NCBI GenBank assembly: GCA_963804385.1
Contig: CAWDQD010000036.1
Location: forward strand, 13,250 to 77,249
Source of the DNA: an uncultured Candidatus Micrarchaeota archaeon
Lineage (GTDB): Archaea > Micrarchaeota > Micrarchaeia > Anstonellales > Bilamarchaeaceae
Direction of reading: 5' to 3'
DNA: 64,000 bases
Position 1 is the first letter of the stretch; each line of letters begins with the position of its first letter. The notes beneath the pieces were generated by a model. It had not been told where the DNA came from. It did no database searches and saw only the letters and a program-made list of their open reading frames with translations. Position numbers and translations under genes: made by a program. Positions 18,594-27,336 of this stretch are shown here, piece by piece.

Positions 18594-18857
18594 GTGTTCA
18601 CAACAAGCAGATACTCTTCGGAAGAGACCCGCAGGAAAGCAGGCCTGATCGCCAAAGAGAGCAAGGAACCGTATATCGCGCGTGGCAAAAAGACCATAGA
18701 CTCTCTCGTAGAAGAGGCGCGGAGGCGCGGCGAATCCATGCTGAACATCATAGAAGAGAGGAAAGGCGAGGCGGCCATAATCTCGATGATAAGGATAGAT
18801 GAGATGGGGAGATGGGCCTGGGCAGGAGAGAGGCCGCTGCAAGGAGGGAAAAAATGA
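18594..18857 (+). CDS. Short Brix/Imp4-like domain protein
   Basis: GTG start preceded by GGGGGA. FTTSRYSSEETRRKAGLIAKE...YIARGKKTIDSLVEEARRRGESMLNIIEERKG follows the N-terminal half of archaeal Brix proteins (TTSR..S..TR...RGK..L..L...A...G....V..E.KG). The gene is in the expected superoperon position but encodes only 87 aa. Confidence 0.5.
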   Translation: MFTTSRYSSEETRRKAGLIAKESKEPYIARGKKTIDSLVEEARRRGESMLNIIEERKGEAAIISMIRIDEMGRWAWAGERPLQGGKK

Positions 18858-19087
18858 AAGCCAGATGCCGTATGGAAATCGAGTTCCCGGATCCCGAAGC
18901 CGCGGCGAAGTCGGTGACCCATGAAGGGGGTTTGAGCGAACGGTCATCCGCGAAGATAGAGATCAGCGGGAAAAAGCTCATACTAACGGTGGAAGCGCAG
19001 GATGTCGTCGCCATGAGGGCATCGGTGAACGCGTACATGCGCGCGTTCCAGGTGTTCGAAGGGATTGAAGAGAAATCGGACGGATAG
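18854..19087 (+). CDS. pcc1: KEOPS subunit Pcc1
   Basis: EIEFPDPEAAAKSVTHEG...KLILTVEAQDVVAMRASVNAYMRAFQV matches the Pcc1 pattern. An ATGA overlap joins it to the preceding ORF. Confidence 0.7.
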   Translation: MKARCRMEIEFPDPEAAAKSVTHEGGLSERSSAKIEISGKKLILTVEAQDVVAMRASVNAYMRAFQVFEGIEEKSDG

Positions 19088-19150
19088 ACGAGCATTTTAA
19101 AAGAATAGTGAGAGATGTTCATGATTATACAATATTCATGAGGTGCGAGA

Positions 19151-19504
19151 ATGAAGAAGGATACTGAAGATCTCGGCAAAGAGCTTGTGGAATACGAGAA
19201 CATGGAGAAGCAGCTTGAGGTTCTACTTATACAGAAACACCAACTGCAGATACAATCCAACGAGATAAAGCACGCTTTGGATGAATTGAAGAAAGCCAAA
19301 GGCGAGGTCTACCGCTCCATCGGATCCATCCTCATGCACACGACCAAGGAGGGCGCTGAATCCGACCTCAAGGAGAGGGAAGAGCTCGTGGAAGTAAAGC
19401 TCAACGCCATAGGCAAGCAGGAGGAGAAGCTCCGAACGATAGTGATGGACACGCAGAAGAAGCTCCAGGAGAAAATGAAGGGTTATGAGAAACCTGGGGA
19501 ATGA
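19151..19504 (+). CDS. pfdB: Prefoldin beta subunit
   Basis: 117 aa with two coiled-coil arms flanking a central beta hairpin (YRSIGSILMHTTKEG). It is in the expected superoperon position. Confidence 0.8.
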   Translation: MKKDTEDLGKELVEYENMEKQLEVLLIQKHQLQIQSNEIKHALDELKKAKGEVYRSIGSILMHTTKEGAESDLKEREELVEVKLNAIGKQEEKLRTIVMDTQKKLQEKMKGYEKPGE

Positions 19505-20447
19505 ATTCCAGGCTTTTTTATCCAAATACAACGGTAGCCGGATCGTCATCGTGGCCCATGACCGGGCAGATGTCGATTCGCTCTCATCCGCTTATGCGCT
19601 GAGCTGCCTGTTCCCAGGGAGCGTCATAGCCACCAGCGAGGAGATGACCGAAGGCGGCAAGATGCTCGCGCAGAAGCTGGGCATCGCGACGGTCGACATC
19701 TCCGAGCTCGATAAGAAGGATTTCCAGGGAATCATAGCGGTCGACACCAGCACGTACGTGCTCGCGGTCAAAGCGAAAGGATGGAAAGTCCTTTGCATAG
19801 TCGACCACCACCGCGGAGATAACCGTGACATGAAAGGCGAGACCGAGTTCATAGACCCCGAATCGCCGTCAGCCGCGGAGATAGTCGCCAACCTGCTCCA
19901 CCACGAGCAGATAGGGAAGGACGTCGCATTCGCATTGTCTGTCGGGATAATAGCCGATGGCGCGAGGTTCAAGTCCGCCAGGGCGCAGACATTCGAGACA
20001 TTGGGCCGGCTCATGAAGAAGGCGGAAGCGCCGTACCATGAGCTGCTCGAATACGCCGAGCCTGCGCCCAAGGACGACACCAAGATAGCGCTCCTGAGCG
20101 CCATGAAACGCGTGGAGTTCGTCTATGCCGCGGGGTACGTGATCGCCACATCCGAGGTCGGGAGCAACGAGAGCGATGCCGCTTCATTGATAAGCGAAGC
20201 CGCGGACGTGGCATTCGTGGCCAAATGGAAAGACAAGGAGAAGGAGACGCGGATATCCGCGAGGGCGGCAAAGTCGGTGAAGGTGCCGCTCAACGACGTC
20301 ATGTTCGAGGTCGGGAAAAGCTTGGGCGGTGCGGGAGGCGGGCATAGCAAGGCCGCCGGCGCGTCGGCTAAGGCGCATACCAAGGAGACCTTGAAGAAAT
20401 GCGTCGATACGTTCATAGCTCATGCGGAGAAGATACAGAGGGAATAA
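19485..20447 (+). CDS. DHH/DHHA1-family phosphoesterase
   Basis: Motifs IVIVAHDRADVDSLSS, AVDTS, VDHH and the DHHA1 motif GGGHSKAAGA. Confidence 0.8.
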   Translation: MRNLGNEFQAFLSKYNGSRIVIVAHDRADVDSLSSAYALSCLFPGSVIATSEEMTEGGKMLAQKLGIATVDISELDKKDFQGIIAVDTSTYVLAVKAKGWKVLCIVDHHRGDNRDMKGETEFIDPESPSAAEIVANLLHHEQIGKDVAFALSVGIIADGARFKSARAQTFETLGRLMKKAEAPYHELLEYAEPAPKDDTKIALLSAMKRVEFVYAAGYVIATSEVGSNESDAASLISEAADVAFVAKWKDKEKETRISARAAKSVKVPLNDVMFEVGKSLGGAGGGHSKAAGASAKAHTKETLKKCVDTFIAHAEKIQRE

Positions 20448-20479
20448 TAAATCAGAGCGGGAAATGAAGGCGATAAACC

Positions 20480-21487
20480 ATGAAAACCATAGTCGTAGGA
20501 GGGCAGTACGGCGATGAAGGGAAAGGCAAGATACTCTCATATCTGGCGCTGGCGGACAACCCCCAGATCATAGCGAGGGGCGGCGTCGGCCCGAATGCCG
20601 GGCACGAGGTCAATTACAAGGGGAAACGGTACCCGATGAGGATGCTCCCCTGCGGCTTCGTGAACGATAAGGCGAAGCTCATGATAGGCGCCGGGGTGAT
20701 GGTGAATCCCGAGGTGTTCCTCAAGGAAGTGGGGATGATAGACGCCCACAAGAGATGCTTCATAGATTTCAGGGCGGGCCTGATCACCAAGGAGAACATC
20801 GAGCGCGATACGGCTTCCGAGAATTCCAAGAAGATTGGGACTACGAAAACAGGATGCGGGCCAGCCGTCTCGGACAGGGTCAACCGTATCGGAAAGATGG
20901 TCACGGATGCGCCAGAGCTGAAACCGTACATCATCGACGTCGTGAAAGAGGTCAATTCGGCCAAGGACGTCATAATCGAGGGCACGCAGGGGTTCATGCT
21001 GTCAGTGCTCTATGGCACCTATCCGTTCTGCACATCCAAGGACATATCTGCATCCAGCATCGCGGCTGACGTCGGCCTGGGACCCACGAAGATCGATGAG
21101 GTAGTCATGGTCATAAAATCCTACACCACGCGGGTCGGAGGCGGGCCTCTCAAGGATGAGGTCGGGGTAGAGGAAGCCAAATCGAAGAATATGCAGGAGT
21201 ACGGCACGGTCACGGGAAGGCCGAGGAGGACGTCCATGGAGCTGCATTTCGACGACCTGCGGCTCGCGGCGACGGTGAACGGAGCGACTCAGATAGCGAT
21301 AACTAAGGTGGATGTGAGATTCCCGGGCAACGAAGGCGTCAGGGAATACGCGAAACTCTCCAAGGAAGCGAAATCGTTCATAGAAGATGTGGAGAAGAAG
21401 ATCGGGGTCCCGGTAACGCTGATAGGCACCGGGCCTGACACCGAAAGCATAATAGATAGAAGAATCAAGGCTCGTTCAATGCCTTGA
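20480..21487 (+). CDS. purA: Adenylosuccinate synthetase (short archaeal type)
   Basis: P-loop GGQYGDEGKGK, NAGH, GTTKTGCGP and TGRPRR. The product is 335 aa. Confidence 0.9.
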   Translation: MKTIVVGGQYGDEGKGKILSYLALADNPQIIARGGVGPNAGHEVNYKGKRYPMRMLPCGFVNDKAKLMIGAGVMVNPEVFLKEVGMIDAHKRCFIDFRAGLITKENIERDTASENSKKIGTTKTGCGPAVSDRVNRIGKMVTDAPELKPYIIDVVKEVNSAKDVIIEGTQGFMLSVLYGTYPFCTSKDISASSIAADVGLGPTKIDEVVMVIKSYTTRVGGGPLKDEVGVEEAKSKNMQEYGTVTGRPRRTSMELHFDDLRLAATVNGATQIAITKVDVRFPGNEGVREYAKLSKEAKSFIEDVEKKIGVPVTLIGTGPDTESIIDRRIKARSMP

Positions 21488-21863
21488 GCGCCGCGCGGTT
21501 GTCCGAAGAGCTGAGCAGGACGTACGAGAGCGTCGGGGACATCGTCACCGAGAAGGCGTAGAGCAGGTTGATGCCCTTGTCGGATATCTTCTTCGCGGCT
21601 TCGGCCATGGTGCCGGGCCGGTTCTCGAGCTTTATGATTATGACCTCCTTCTCTATCGCGTTGATGCTTTTGTCCTTGAGGATTTTCCGGACCTTCGGCA
21701 GATCCGGCGCCTCTATTATCAGGTGGGTGCTGATCCCGCGGTCCTCCGGGGGCATGAGCAACGGCTTGACGCCCTGCTTCTCTACCTCTTTGGCGAATTT
21801 TGAGACCTCCTTGAATGTGGAGTTCTCTAAGAACAGCTCTGTAACGATACGATCCGCTTCCAT
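21465..21863 (-). CDS. ACT-domain protein
   Basis: 132 aa with two beta-alpha-beta-beta-alpha-beta-like halves, including IIKLENRPGTMAEAAKKISDKGINLLYAF. It is convergent with purA and overlaps its 3' end by 23 nt. Confidence 0.5.
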   Translation of the reverse strand: MEADRIVTELFLENSTFKEVSKFAKEVEKQGVKPLLMPPEDRGISTHLIIEAPDLPKVRKILKDKSINAIEKEVIIIKLENRPGTMAEAAKKISDKGINLLYAFSVTMSPTLSYVLLSSSDNRAALKALNEP

Positions 21864-21924
21864 AGATACACCTTATGTGTAATGAAATTAGAAAGTATTT
21901 AAATGAATTGGGAGTGGGAAAAAT

Positions 21925-22006
21925 CGCTGACGGCAGGATTTGAACCTGCGATCCCAGGGGGACTGGTTTTCAAGACCAGCGCACTACCAGGTTATGCGAC
22001 GTCAGC
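21925..22006 (-). tRNA. tRNA-Ser (anticodon UGA)
   Basis: The reverse complement folds as a cloverleaf:
- acceptor GCTGACG/CGTCAGC
- 3-bp D stem GCA/TGC
- anticodon stem CTGGT/ACCAG with loop CTTGAAA (anticodon TGA)
- 13-nt variable arm TCCCCCTGGGATC
- T arm GCAGG-TTCAAAT-CCTGC
- discriminator G

CCA is not encoded. Confidence 0.9.
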
Positions 22007-22007
22007 A

Positions 22008-22577
22008 TCACAATGTCGTCTGTTGTACTGGCGCCTCTTCGATCTTCGGCGCCTGGACGAAGTATTTCCTGAATTTCTCCGTCAGCGTGAGCTTGGATGT
22101 CCTTCCGGCACGGACGGATTTCACGAACTCCGCTTCCACGAGCTCCCGGACATCCTCGTAGACCTGCGTGCCGATCTTCCTCACCAGCTCGGATTTCAGG
22201 ATTCCGTCATGCTTGGATATGAATGCGAGCGTACGCAGGGCGCCTTTGCTTATCTCTATGTCCTGCGCGAACTGCTTGACCCGCTGGAGCACGTCGTTCC
22301 TGATGCGCATCTCGTACTTGCCGCCGGCTTCCATTATCTCTATGGCGCTCCCCCGCTCTTCGTAGTCCTTGCGCAGCTCTTCGACGACCCCCTGGATGTA
22401 GCCCAGGGCGCCGATCCCTGTGAGCGCGCGGAACTCCTCTAGCGACATGGAGCGCGAGCTGATGAAAAGCGCCGCCTCTATGAGCTTCTTCTCCTCCTTG
22501 GGCTTCTTGGCCGGATGGATAATTGCCGGGGCTGGACTATCCTGCATCGGTTCTTCGGTCTCTTCATTTTCTTCCAT
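22008..22577 (-). CDS. scpB: Segregation and condensation protein B (ScpB)
   Basis: IEAALFISSRSMSLEEFRALTG... and ISKGALRTLAFISKHDGILKSELVRKIG indicate two winged-helix repeats typical of ScpB. Its stop lies 2 nt from the 5' end of tRNA-Ser. Confidence 0.7.
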   Translation of the reverse strand: MEENEETEEPMQDSPAPAIIHPAKKPKEEKKLIEAALFISSRSMSLEEFRALTGIGALGYIQGVVEELRKDYEERGSAIEIMEAGGKYEMRIRNDVLQRVKQFAQDIEISKGALRTLAFISKHDGILKSELVRKIGTQVYEDVRELVEAEFVKSVRAGRTSKLTLTEKFRKYFVQAPKIEEAPVQQTTL

Positions 22578-23100
22578 GGTTCAGCCTCAGGAAGGATATC
22601 AGTGATCCTGAATAGTCTATGCCGTCTATCTTTTTCTTCTTTTGCATTAGAGCAGCAAGGATTTTATTGGCGCATGTAGCTGGGCTTCGTTTCGAGGTGT
22701 CCAGCTCGAGCGGTTTTTTCCCGTACTCGTTCTGCGCGCGCTGGGAGCAGTAGTCGAGCATCTCGGCCATCAGGTTCTCCTCTATCTTGAGCTTGGAGTA
22801 TCCGCGCTTCTCCATCCTTTTCTCGAGGATTTTCGGATTCGTACGCAGGATTATGACGTGATCGGCAGGCAATCTCATCTCGCATGCCAGATGACCCTCC
22901 ACTATGAAATTTTTATTTTTTCCAAGGAAACGGAGGTGCCTGGCCAGTTTTTTCAGATCCACTTCGTGCTTGGGGCCAAGATGCATCTTCTTGTGGACGA
23001 TATCGGTTATGCTGATGAGCTCTAATCCTGTTTTTTTCGAAAGGATGGCAGATATTGTGGATTTGCCGGTGCCAGGAGTGCCCGTGATGATGATGCGCAT
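22564..23100 (-). CDS. Fap7/AK6-type adenylate kinase
   Basis: MRIIITGTPGTGKSTIS P-loop, IVEGHLA, and VIILRTNPKILEKRMEKRGYSKLKIEENLMAEMLD. Confidence 0.75.
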   Translation of the reverse strand: MRIIITGTPGTGKSTISAILSKKTGLELISITDIVHKKMHLGPKHEVDLKKLARHLRFLGKNKNFIVEGHLACEMRLPADHVIILRTNPKILEKRMEKRGYSKLKIEENLMAEMLDYCSQRAQNEYGKKPLELDTSKRSPATCANKILAALMQKKKKIDGIDYSGSLISFLRLNHGRK

Positions 23101-23418
23101 TCAGAGCCTCTTCGCGAGCATCTTGAAATGCTCCCGCGCGGCAGAGAGGGACTCCTTGCCTTTCGCGCTCAGGGTGTAGTATTTCCTCCGCTCATGGGTC
23201 TCGGAACTGATGAGGCCTTCGTTCTCCAGGCGGTATAGCACTATGTACACCATGATCTTGTCGGGCTTGAACGAGAACCGCTTCTCTATCTGCTCGTCCA
23301 GATTGTAGGCGTACAGCTTCCCTTCGCTGTTGATGAGCGAGAGGAGATAGAGCCAGAGGTTGCCCGAGGTGAGAAGGCGCTTGAGGCGCTTGATCGGCGT
23401 CGGTGTTTCCATAACCAT
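23101..23418 (-). CDS. PadR-family transcriptional regulator
   Basis: A 105-aa winged-helix protein: LWLYLLSLINSEGKLYAYNLDEQIEKRF...VLYRLENEGLISSE. Its start overlaps the stop of the upstream 1266-aa gene by 1 nt. Confidence 0.75.
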   Translation of the reverse strand: MVMETPTPIKRLKRLLTSGNLWLYLLSLINSEGKLYAYNLDEQIEKRFSFKPDKIMVYIVLYRLENEGLISSETHERRKYYTLSAKGKESLSAAREHFKMLAKRL

Positions 23419-26400
23419 CAGGATTTCTCGGACTTGTCGGGTTTCTCGAAGGCCTTCCTGGCGAACCGCTGCTCCGGTGATCCGCTGTTCTCCTTCTTTA
23501 CGGCGGCCTCGACTATTTTTGCGGCCTGTTCTTCCATCTGACCGACTTTCGCATTCATGTCATTCAAATTATCCTCAGCACGTATTGCTATGTCAACACC
23601 AGAAGGAATGACCCCCTTCTTAGGATCGAAATCATTGAAGTATATAGACGACTTATATGCCTCCCTCCCCAGGGTCTCACCGGAGCTAGATCGCAGCATC
23701 TCATCCAGCTTAGCGGTTGCGGCTTGCTCAGCAGCCTTCTGCTGTTCTAGCGTCGGAGGCCCGACAGGGACTGCGGCCCGGATCACTTTCTCCCTCTCGG
23801 CGTCTGCGGCCCGTTCGGCAGCTTTCCTCTCATCTAAAGTGGGGTTGAATTTCCCGGCTACCTGCTCAGCTGCTAGGACCGAAGGCGCCTCCCCTAGATA
23901 ATTCCACGTGGAAGCGGCCTTATTATCTCCGACTGCCCTGCATATGCCTTCATTTGCATGCGCGATTTTGGCAGCTGCGACGAAATCCGGTTTTTCGGGA
24001 TTGAGCGCTTCCCTGTACTCGGCCGCGTTATCATCCATCCTCTTGGTGAACGATTCTCTCAGGTTCGCGTCTCTTATATGGGGTGTCCCATCCTGATCGG
24101 TATACGCCGCGCTCTTGAGCAAGGTGATGTTCAAGTCTGCGAGCTGGGCTCTCTGGTTGTCGGCCGAATTCAGATAGTTCGTCGCCGCCTTGGGGATTCC
24201 CGGCACCGCCTCAGCTAAACCGGTCCGCATGTAATCATTCTGCCTGTCCGCGATGATCTGGAGCCGCTCCGGAGCGCGGGTGAGGTCGCCTTTGGCAACC
24301 AATTGGCTGACTTGGTCGCTGGCTAGGATAGATGCCTCGAGCGTCTTCCTTTCGGCATTGGCTGCGGCCATGGCAGGCGGGACAGGGACTCCTGCGCGCT
24401 CGCACGCGGCTGTCGTGGACACATCGGTGTTCCGTATTGCGTTCAATTCTGCCACCGGAACCTGCGCGGCATTGCTTTTCGGAATCATTCCGAGGATATT
24501 CCCTGCTGAATTGGCTTCCACCTGCACACCGATATTGAATTCTTTGACCGCGGCCGGGCTCGTGAGCTTCGATGCGTCCGCCGGGCTTATCGTGCCGTTT
24601 TTCAATGCTTGATCAACGGCAGCTTGCATGAAGATCTTTGCTGTTTCTGGATTCGTCTTCTTCAGATCATCCACGCTTTGCCCAGAGTTCACCATCATGG
24701 TGACTGCAGCAGCAACAACCTCGCCTTGCGATTGCACCCCGAACTTGGCGGCAATCTCGGCCCCCATCTGCGAGTTCTTCTTAGGGTCCGAAAAAACGGA
24801 GGACTCCAAGGCCTGTTTTATATCGAAAAGAGCTTCTGTGTTGTTTTTGGCGAACGCCCGGCCTTTGGTTTCCTCTGGCGGCAGGGTATTGACTTCTGCC
24901 GGAGAATAGAATATGCCCCTGCTTGCCAATGCATCCGCAGCGATCTCCTGCTCGGCCTTTCTGACTGCTGGCAACGCTTCCGGGTGTTCACGCGCGAGCT
25001 CTCCCCATGCCTTCTTCTCAGCATCCTTCCAGTCATCCGCCTTGGCTGTCTGGACGGCTATGCTGTTCGTACGGAATGAATCGATGACCGAGGAAAGATC
25101 GTTGAATGCGGCCGCCTGGCCAGCCAACAGGTTGGCGGCATTCCCTTTATCTGCCAGGGTGGTCACTCCCATGGTCTTGAGGGCGACCCCTTCCGCGTAT
25201 CCTTTTACCATTGAAGCGTCGAATTTCTGCCCCGTGGGGTTTTCGATTGTGGATTCCTGCCCAGAGGGCCCCCTGCCCGGAACGATGTTCACTTTTATAT
25301 CTTCTTTGCTTCCCGCCACAGAGAATGCGGTCGCGATCGATGCTATCTTCAATTCCGGCTCCTGATTCACCATCTTGCCGTCCTTGGCTCCGAAGGTGTC
25401 GTATATGGCCGCGGGGTTATTCGAAGGCAGGCCTTTCGTTATCTCCACAGGCTGCCCAGCCACGGTAAGCACATTATTCTTCTCCACTAAGACGGGCACT
25501 TGCACGGGCTTGCCACCCACAGATTGCTCTATGTAAAATGAGACATTGCCTTTCGGGTCTGTCTTAGCCAAGACCTGGTACTCTTTGGCCTCGCTTGGCT
25601 GGAGGATCTTACCCGTGGCGTCCAGTTTTGCCGGGGTCACGATCTTTATCGTGACAGGATCGGCGCTATTCAGGACTGGTTTGCCCTTAGCATCGAGTTC
25701 CTGGGCTACTGTGACCGTGACTGTTTTTGGAGTGACCTTACCATCCATTATTGCAGCGCCGGCTTCAGGCAGCACGTTGTAGACCAAGGTGATATTACCG
25801 TTTGCATCAGGCTTGGAGCTCCCGGGCTGCAGGACACCATAGCTTCCGTTCGGGAGAGCGACCGAGAGGCCGCCCTGTTTATTGTACATGGCGATGACTG
25901 CCATGTCATTCTGGGCCCTGGCAGCTGCCTTGTCCTTATCATTCAGAAATCTGGTCATGAGTGCATTGCCGTTGCCTATGGTAGCGTAAGAATCCACTAT
26001 CCTTCCCAATGCGGATCCTGTGAACGCGAGAAGGCCGACCGCTTTCCAGTCGAGCTTGGCTCCGCTTCCGCCAACCCCTGCGCCTCCTTTCATCATATCG
26101 CTCAGCCGGAGACCCCCTCCGGCTCCGGTGAGGATCTGCTGGTTACCACGCGATACAAGAGTTCCGGCTGCCTGCGTAGTGCTCCTGCCCTGCGGATTCG
26201 CCAGCGTGTCGAGGGCTTTGCCGTACGACCCTTTCCCCCCACCTTTGCTGAGCGCCGTGGCCTGCGCATGCAACCCGAGCGCGGCGGATGACCGGGTACC
26301 GGAGATCAAAGGGCCGCCGAACGCCTTGAGCGGGCCGCCCATCTGCTTCGCTTCTGCTTTCATGGCATCGAGACGGCTCATCGGTTTGCCATTGGCATCC

Positions 26401-27218
26401 TTCGGGCCCTCAGCGACTTTGGTGATGGATGAAGCGGCGGTCGCGACGCTCTGGACGTTCATGGAGAAACCGCGGCCCCTCGCCTGATAGCGTATGTGCT
26501 TGCCCACGCGGCCTCCGCCCATATTGAAGGATGCGAACGGGTTCCTGCCGGTCATGTAGAGCGCTCCGGAGAGCAATGCGAATATGATTATCAATGGTAG
26601 GCAGATCGCCGGGGTCGCCAGCTGCACGGATGGCGGTGCGCAATATGAAACGGTAGTGAGGTCAGGGAAGTAAAGGTTGGAATTCAATGGATTCGGGGCT
26701 GTTGTGCTGCCCCACTCGGGTATGACCGCCGGATTCGTCACGGCATCGTTTGGTATGTTGGTATAATGGCCGGTCACGTTGCTGATATCCGCGTAGGCTG
26801 TGCATTGGGCGAATCCGCAGTCGCCGCCGGCCACGTCGCAGAACGGGCAATAGAGGACCTTTATGTTAACGCACGCCCCGGCCCATTGCGTGAAGTCGAA
26901 CGTCGCCTCTCCGCTATTATCCGTATACGTCTTATAGAGCGATTTCAATCCGCTAGAGTTGGTCAGCTCCACCAGGATGGTCGAATCGTTGACAGGCTGG
27001 CGCGAAGGCGTCGCCGTCGCATTATCATAATACACGTTTATCTGGGCGACATGCGTGTCCTGGTCGACCCCCACGAGGACTTTTGCCTGCGGTCGGTTCA
27101 GGAAGTCGTTGCATACTGGGCACTCCTGCGCGTATGACAGGGATGCCAGGATGCAGAGCATGAAGCTGAAGAGCAAGAAACCGGAAAAGAGCCGCGAACG
27201 GAGGACATCGGACAGCAT
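23418..27218 (-). CDS. Large (about 1266 aa) bitopic membrane protein of unknown function, sharing an N-terminal module with the MP1-MP6 paralogs
   Basis: Domain order, N to C:
- signal-like N-terminus MLSDVLRSRLFSGFLLFSFMLCILASLSYAQ
- roughly 190-aa Cys-containing ectodomain (ECPVCNDF, CPFCDVAGGDCGFAQC)
- one TM, AICLPLIIIFALLSGALYMTGRNPF
- roughly 1000 aa of Ala/Lys/Gly/Gln-rich sequence with no motif I recognise

The start is set to ATG 27218, 25 nt downstream of a TTTATAA box. ATGs at 27254 and 27266 are alternatives. The track start at 27632 would overlap the divergent gene. Confidence 0.7.
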   Translation of the reverse strand: MLSDVLRSRLFSGFLLFSFMLCILASLSYAQECPVCNDFLNRPQAKVLVGVDQDTHVAQINVYYDNATATPSRQPVNDSTILVELTNSSGLKSLYKTYTDNSGEATFDFTQWAGACVNIKVLYCPFCDVAGGDCGFAQCTAYADISNVTGHYTNIPNDAVTNPAVIPEWGSTTAPNPLNSNLYFPDLTTVSYCAPPSVQLATPAICLPLIIIFALLSGALYMTGRNPFASFNMGGGRVGKHIRYQARGRGFSMNVQSVATAASSITKVAEGPKDANGKPMSRLDAMKAEAKQMGGPLKAFGGPLISGTRSSAALGLHAQATALSKGGGKGSYGKALDTLANPQGRSTTQAAGTLVSRGNQQILTGAGGGLRLSDMMKGGAGVGGSGAKLDWKAVGLLAFTGSALGRIVDSYATIGNGNALMTRFLNDKDKAAARAQNDMAVIAMYNKQGGLSVALPNGSYGVLQPGSSKPDANGNITLVYNVLPEAGAAIMDGKVTPKTVTVTVAQELDAKGKPVLNSADPVTIKIVTPAKLDATGKILQPSEAKEYQVLAKTDPKGNVSFYIEQSVGGKPVQVPVLVEKNNVLTVAGQPVEITKGLPSNNPAAIYDTFGAKDGKMVNQEPELKIASIATAFSVAGSKEDIKVNIVPGRGPSGQESTIENPTGQKFDASMVKGYAEGVALKTMGVTTLADKGNAANLLAGQAAAFNDLSSVIDSFRTNSIAVQTAKADDWKDAEKKAWGELAREHPEALPAVRKAEQEIAADALASRGIFYSPAEVNTLPPEETKGRAFAKNNTEALFDIKQALESSVFSDPKKNSQMGAEIAAKFGVQSQGEVVAAAVTMMVNSGQSVDDLKKTNPETAKIFMQAAVDQALKNGTISPADASKLTSPAAVKEFNIGVQVEANSAGNILGMIPKSNAAQVPVAELNAIRNTDVSTTAACERAGVPVPPAMAAANAERKTLEASILASDQVSQLVAKGDLTRAPERLQIIADRQNDYMRTGLAEAVPGIPKAATNYLNSADNQRAQLADLNITLLKSAAYTDQDGTPHIRDANLRESFTKRMDDNAAEYREALNPEKPDFVAAAKIAHANEGICRAVGDNKAASTWNYLGEAPSVLAAEQVAGKFNPTLDERKAAERAADAEREKVIRAAVPVGPPTLEQQKAAEQAATAKLDEMLRSSSGETLGREAYKSSIYFNDFDPKKGVIPSGVDIAIRAEDNLNDMNAKVGQMEEQAAKIVEAAVKKENSGSPEQRFARKAFEKPDKSEKS

Positions 27219-27240
27219 GATAGGTATCGGCTTGGCAGGT

Positions 27241-27250
27241 TTATAAATTT
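27241..27250 (-). promoter_or_regulatory. TATA box for the 1266-aa gene (leaderless)
   Basis: The minus-strand sequence AAATTTATAA lies 23-32 nt upstream of ATG 27218. Confidence 0.45.
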
Positions 27251-27308
27251 TCATGCCATGGACCATTTCGGATTCTGGGGAGGAAACGATGCGCCAGCGT
27301 GAGAAACG

Positions 27309-27316
27309 TTTTAATA
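27309..27316 (+). promoter_or_regulatory. TATA-like box for the MP1-MP6 operon (leaderless)
   Basis: TTTTAATA lies 21-28 nt upstream of ATG 27337. Confidence 0.45.
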
Positions 27317-27336
27317 GGTGAGCAAGAAAACTACGC

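Noticed and set aside
21903-22442. A 179-aa plus-strand ORF.
   Set aside because: It overlaps tRNA-Ser and is antisense to the well-supported scpB gene. It has no motifs.
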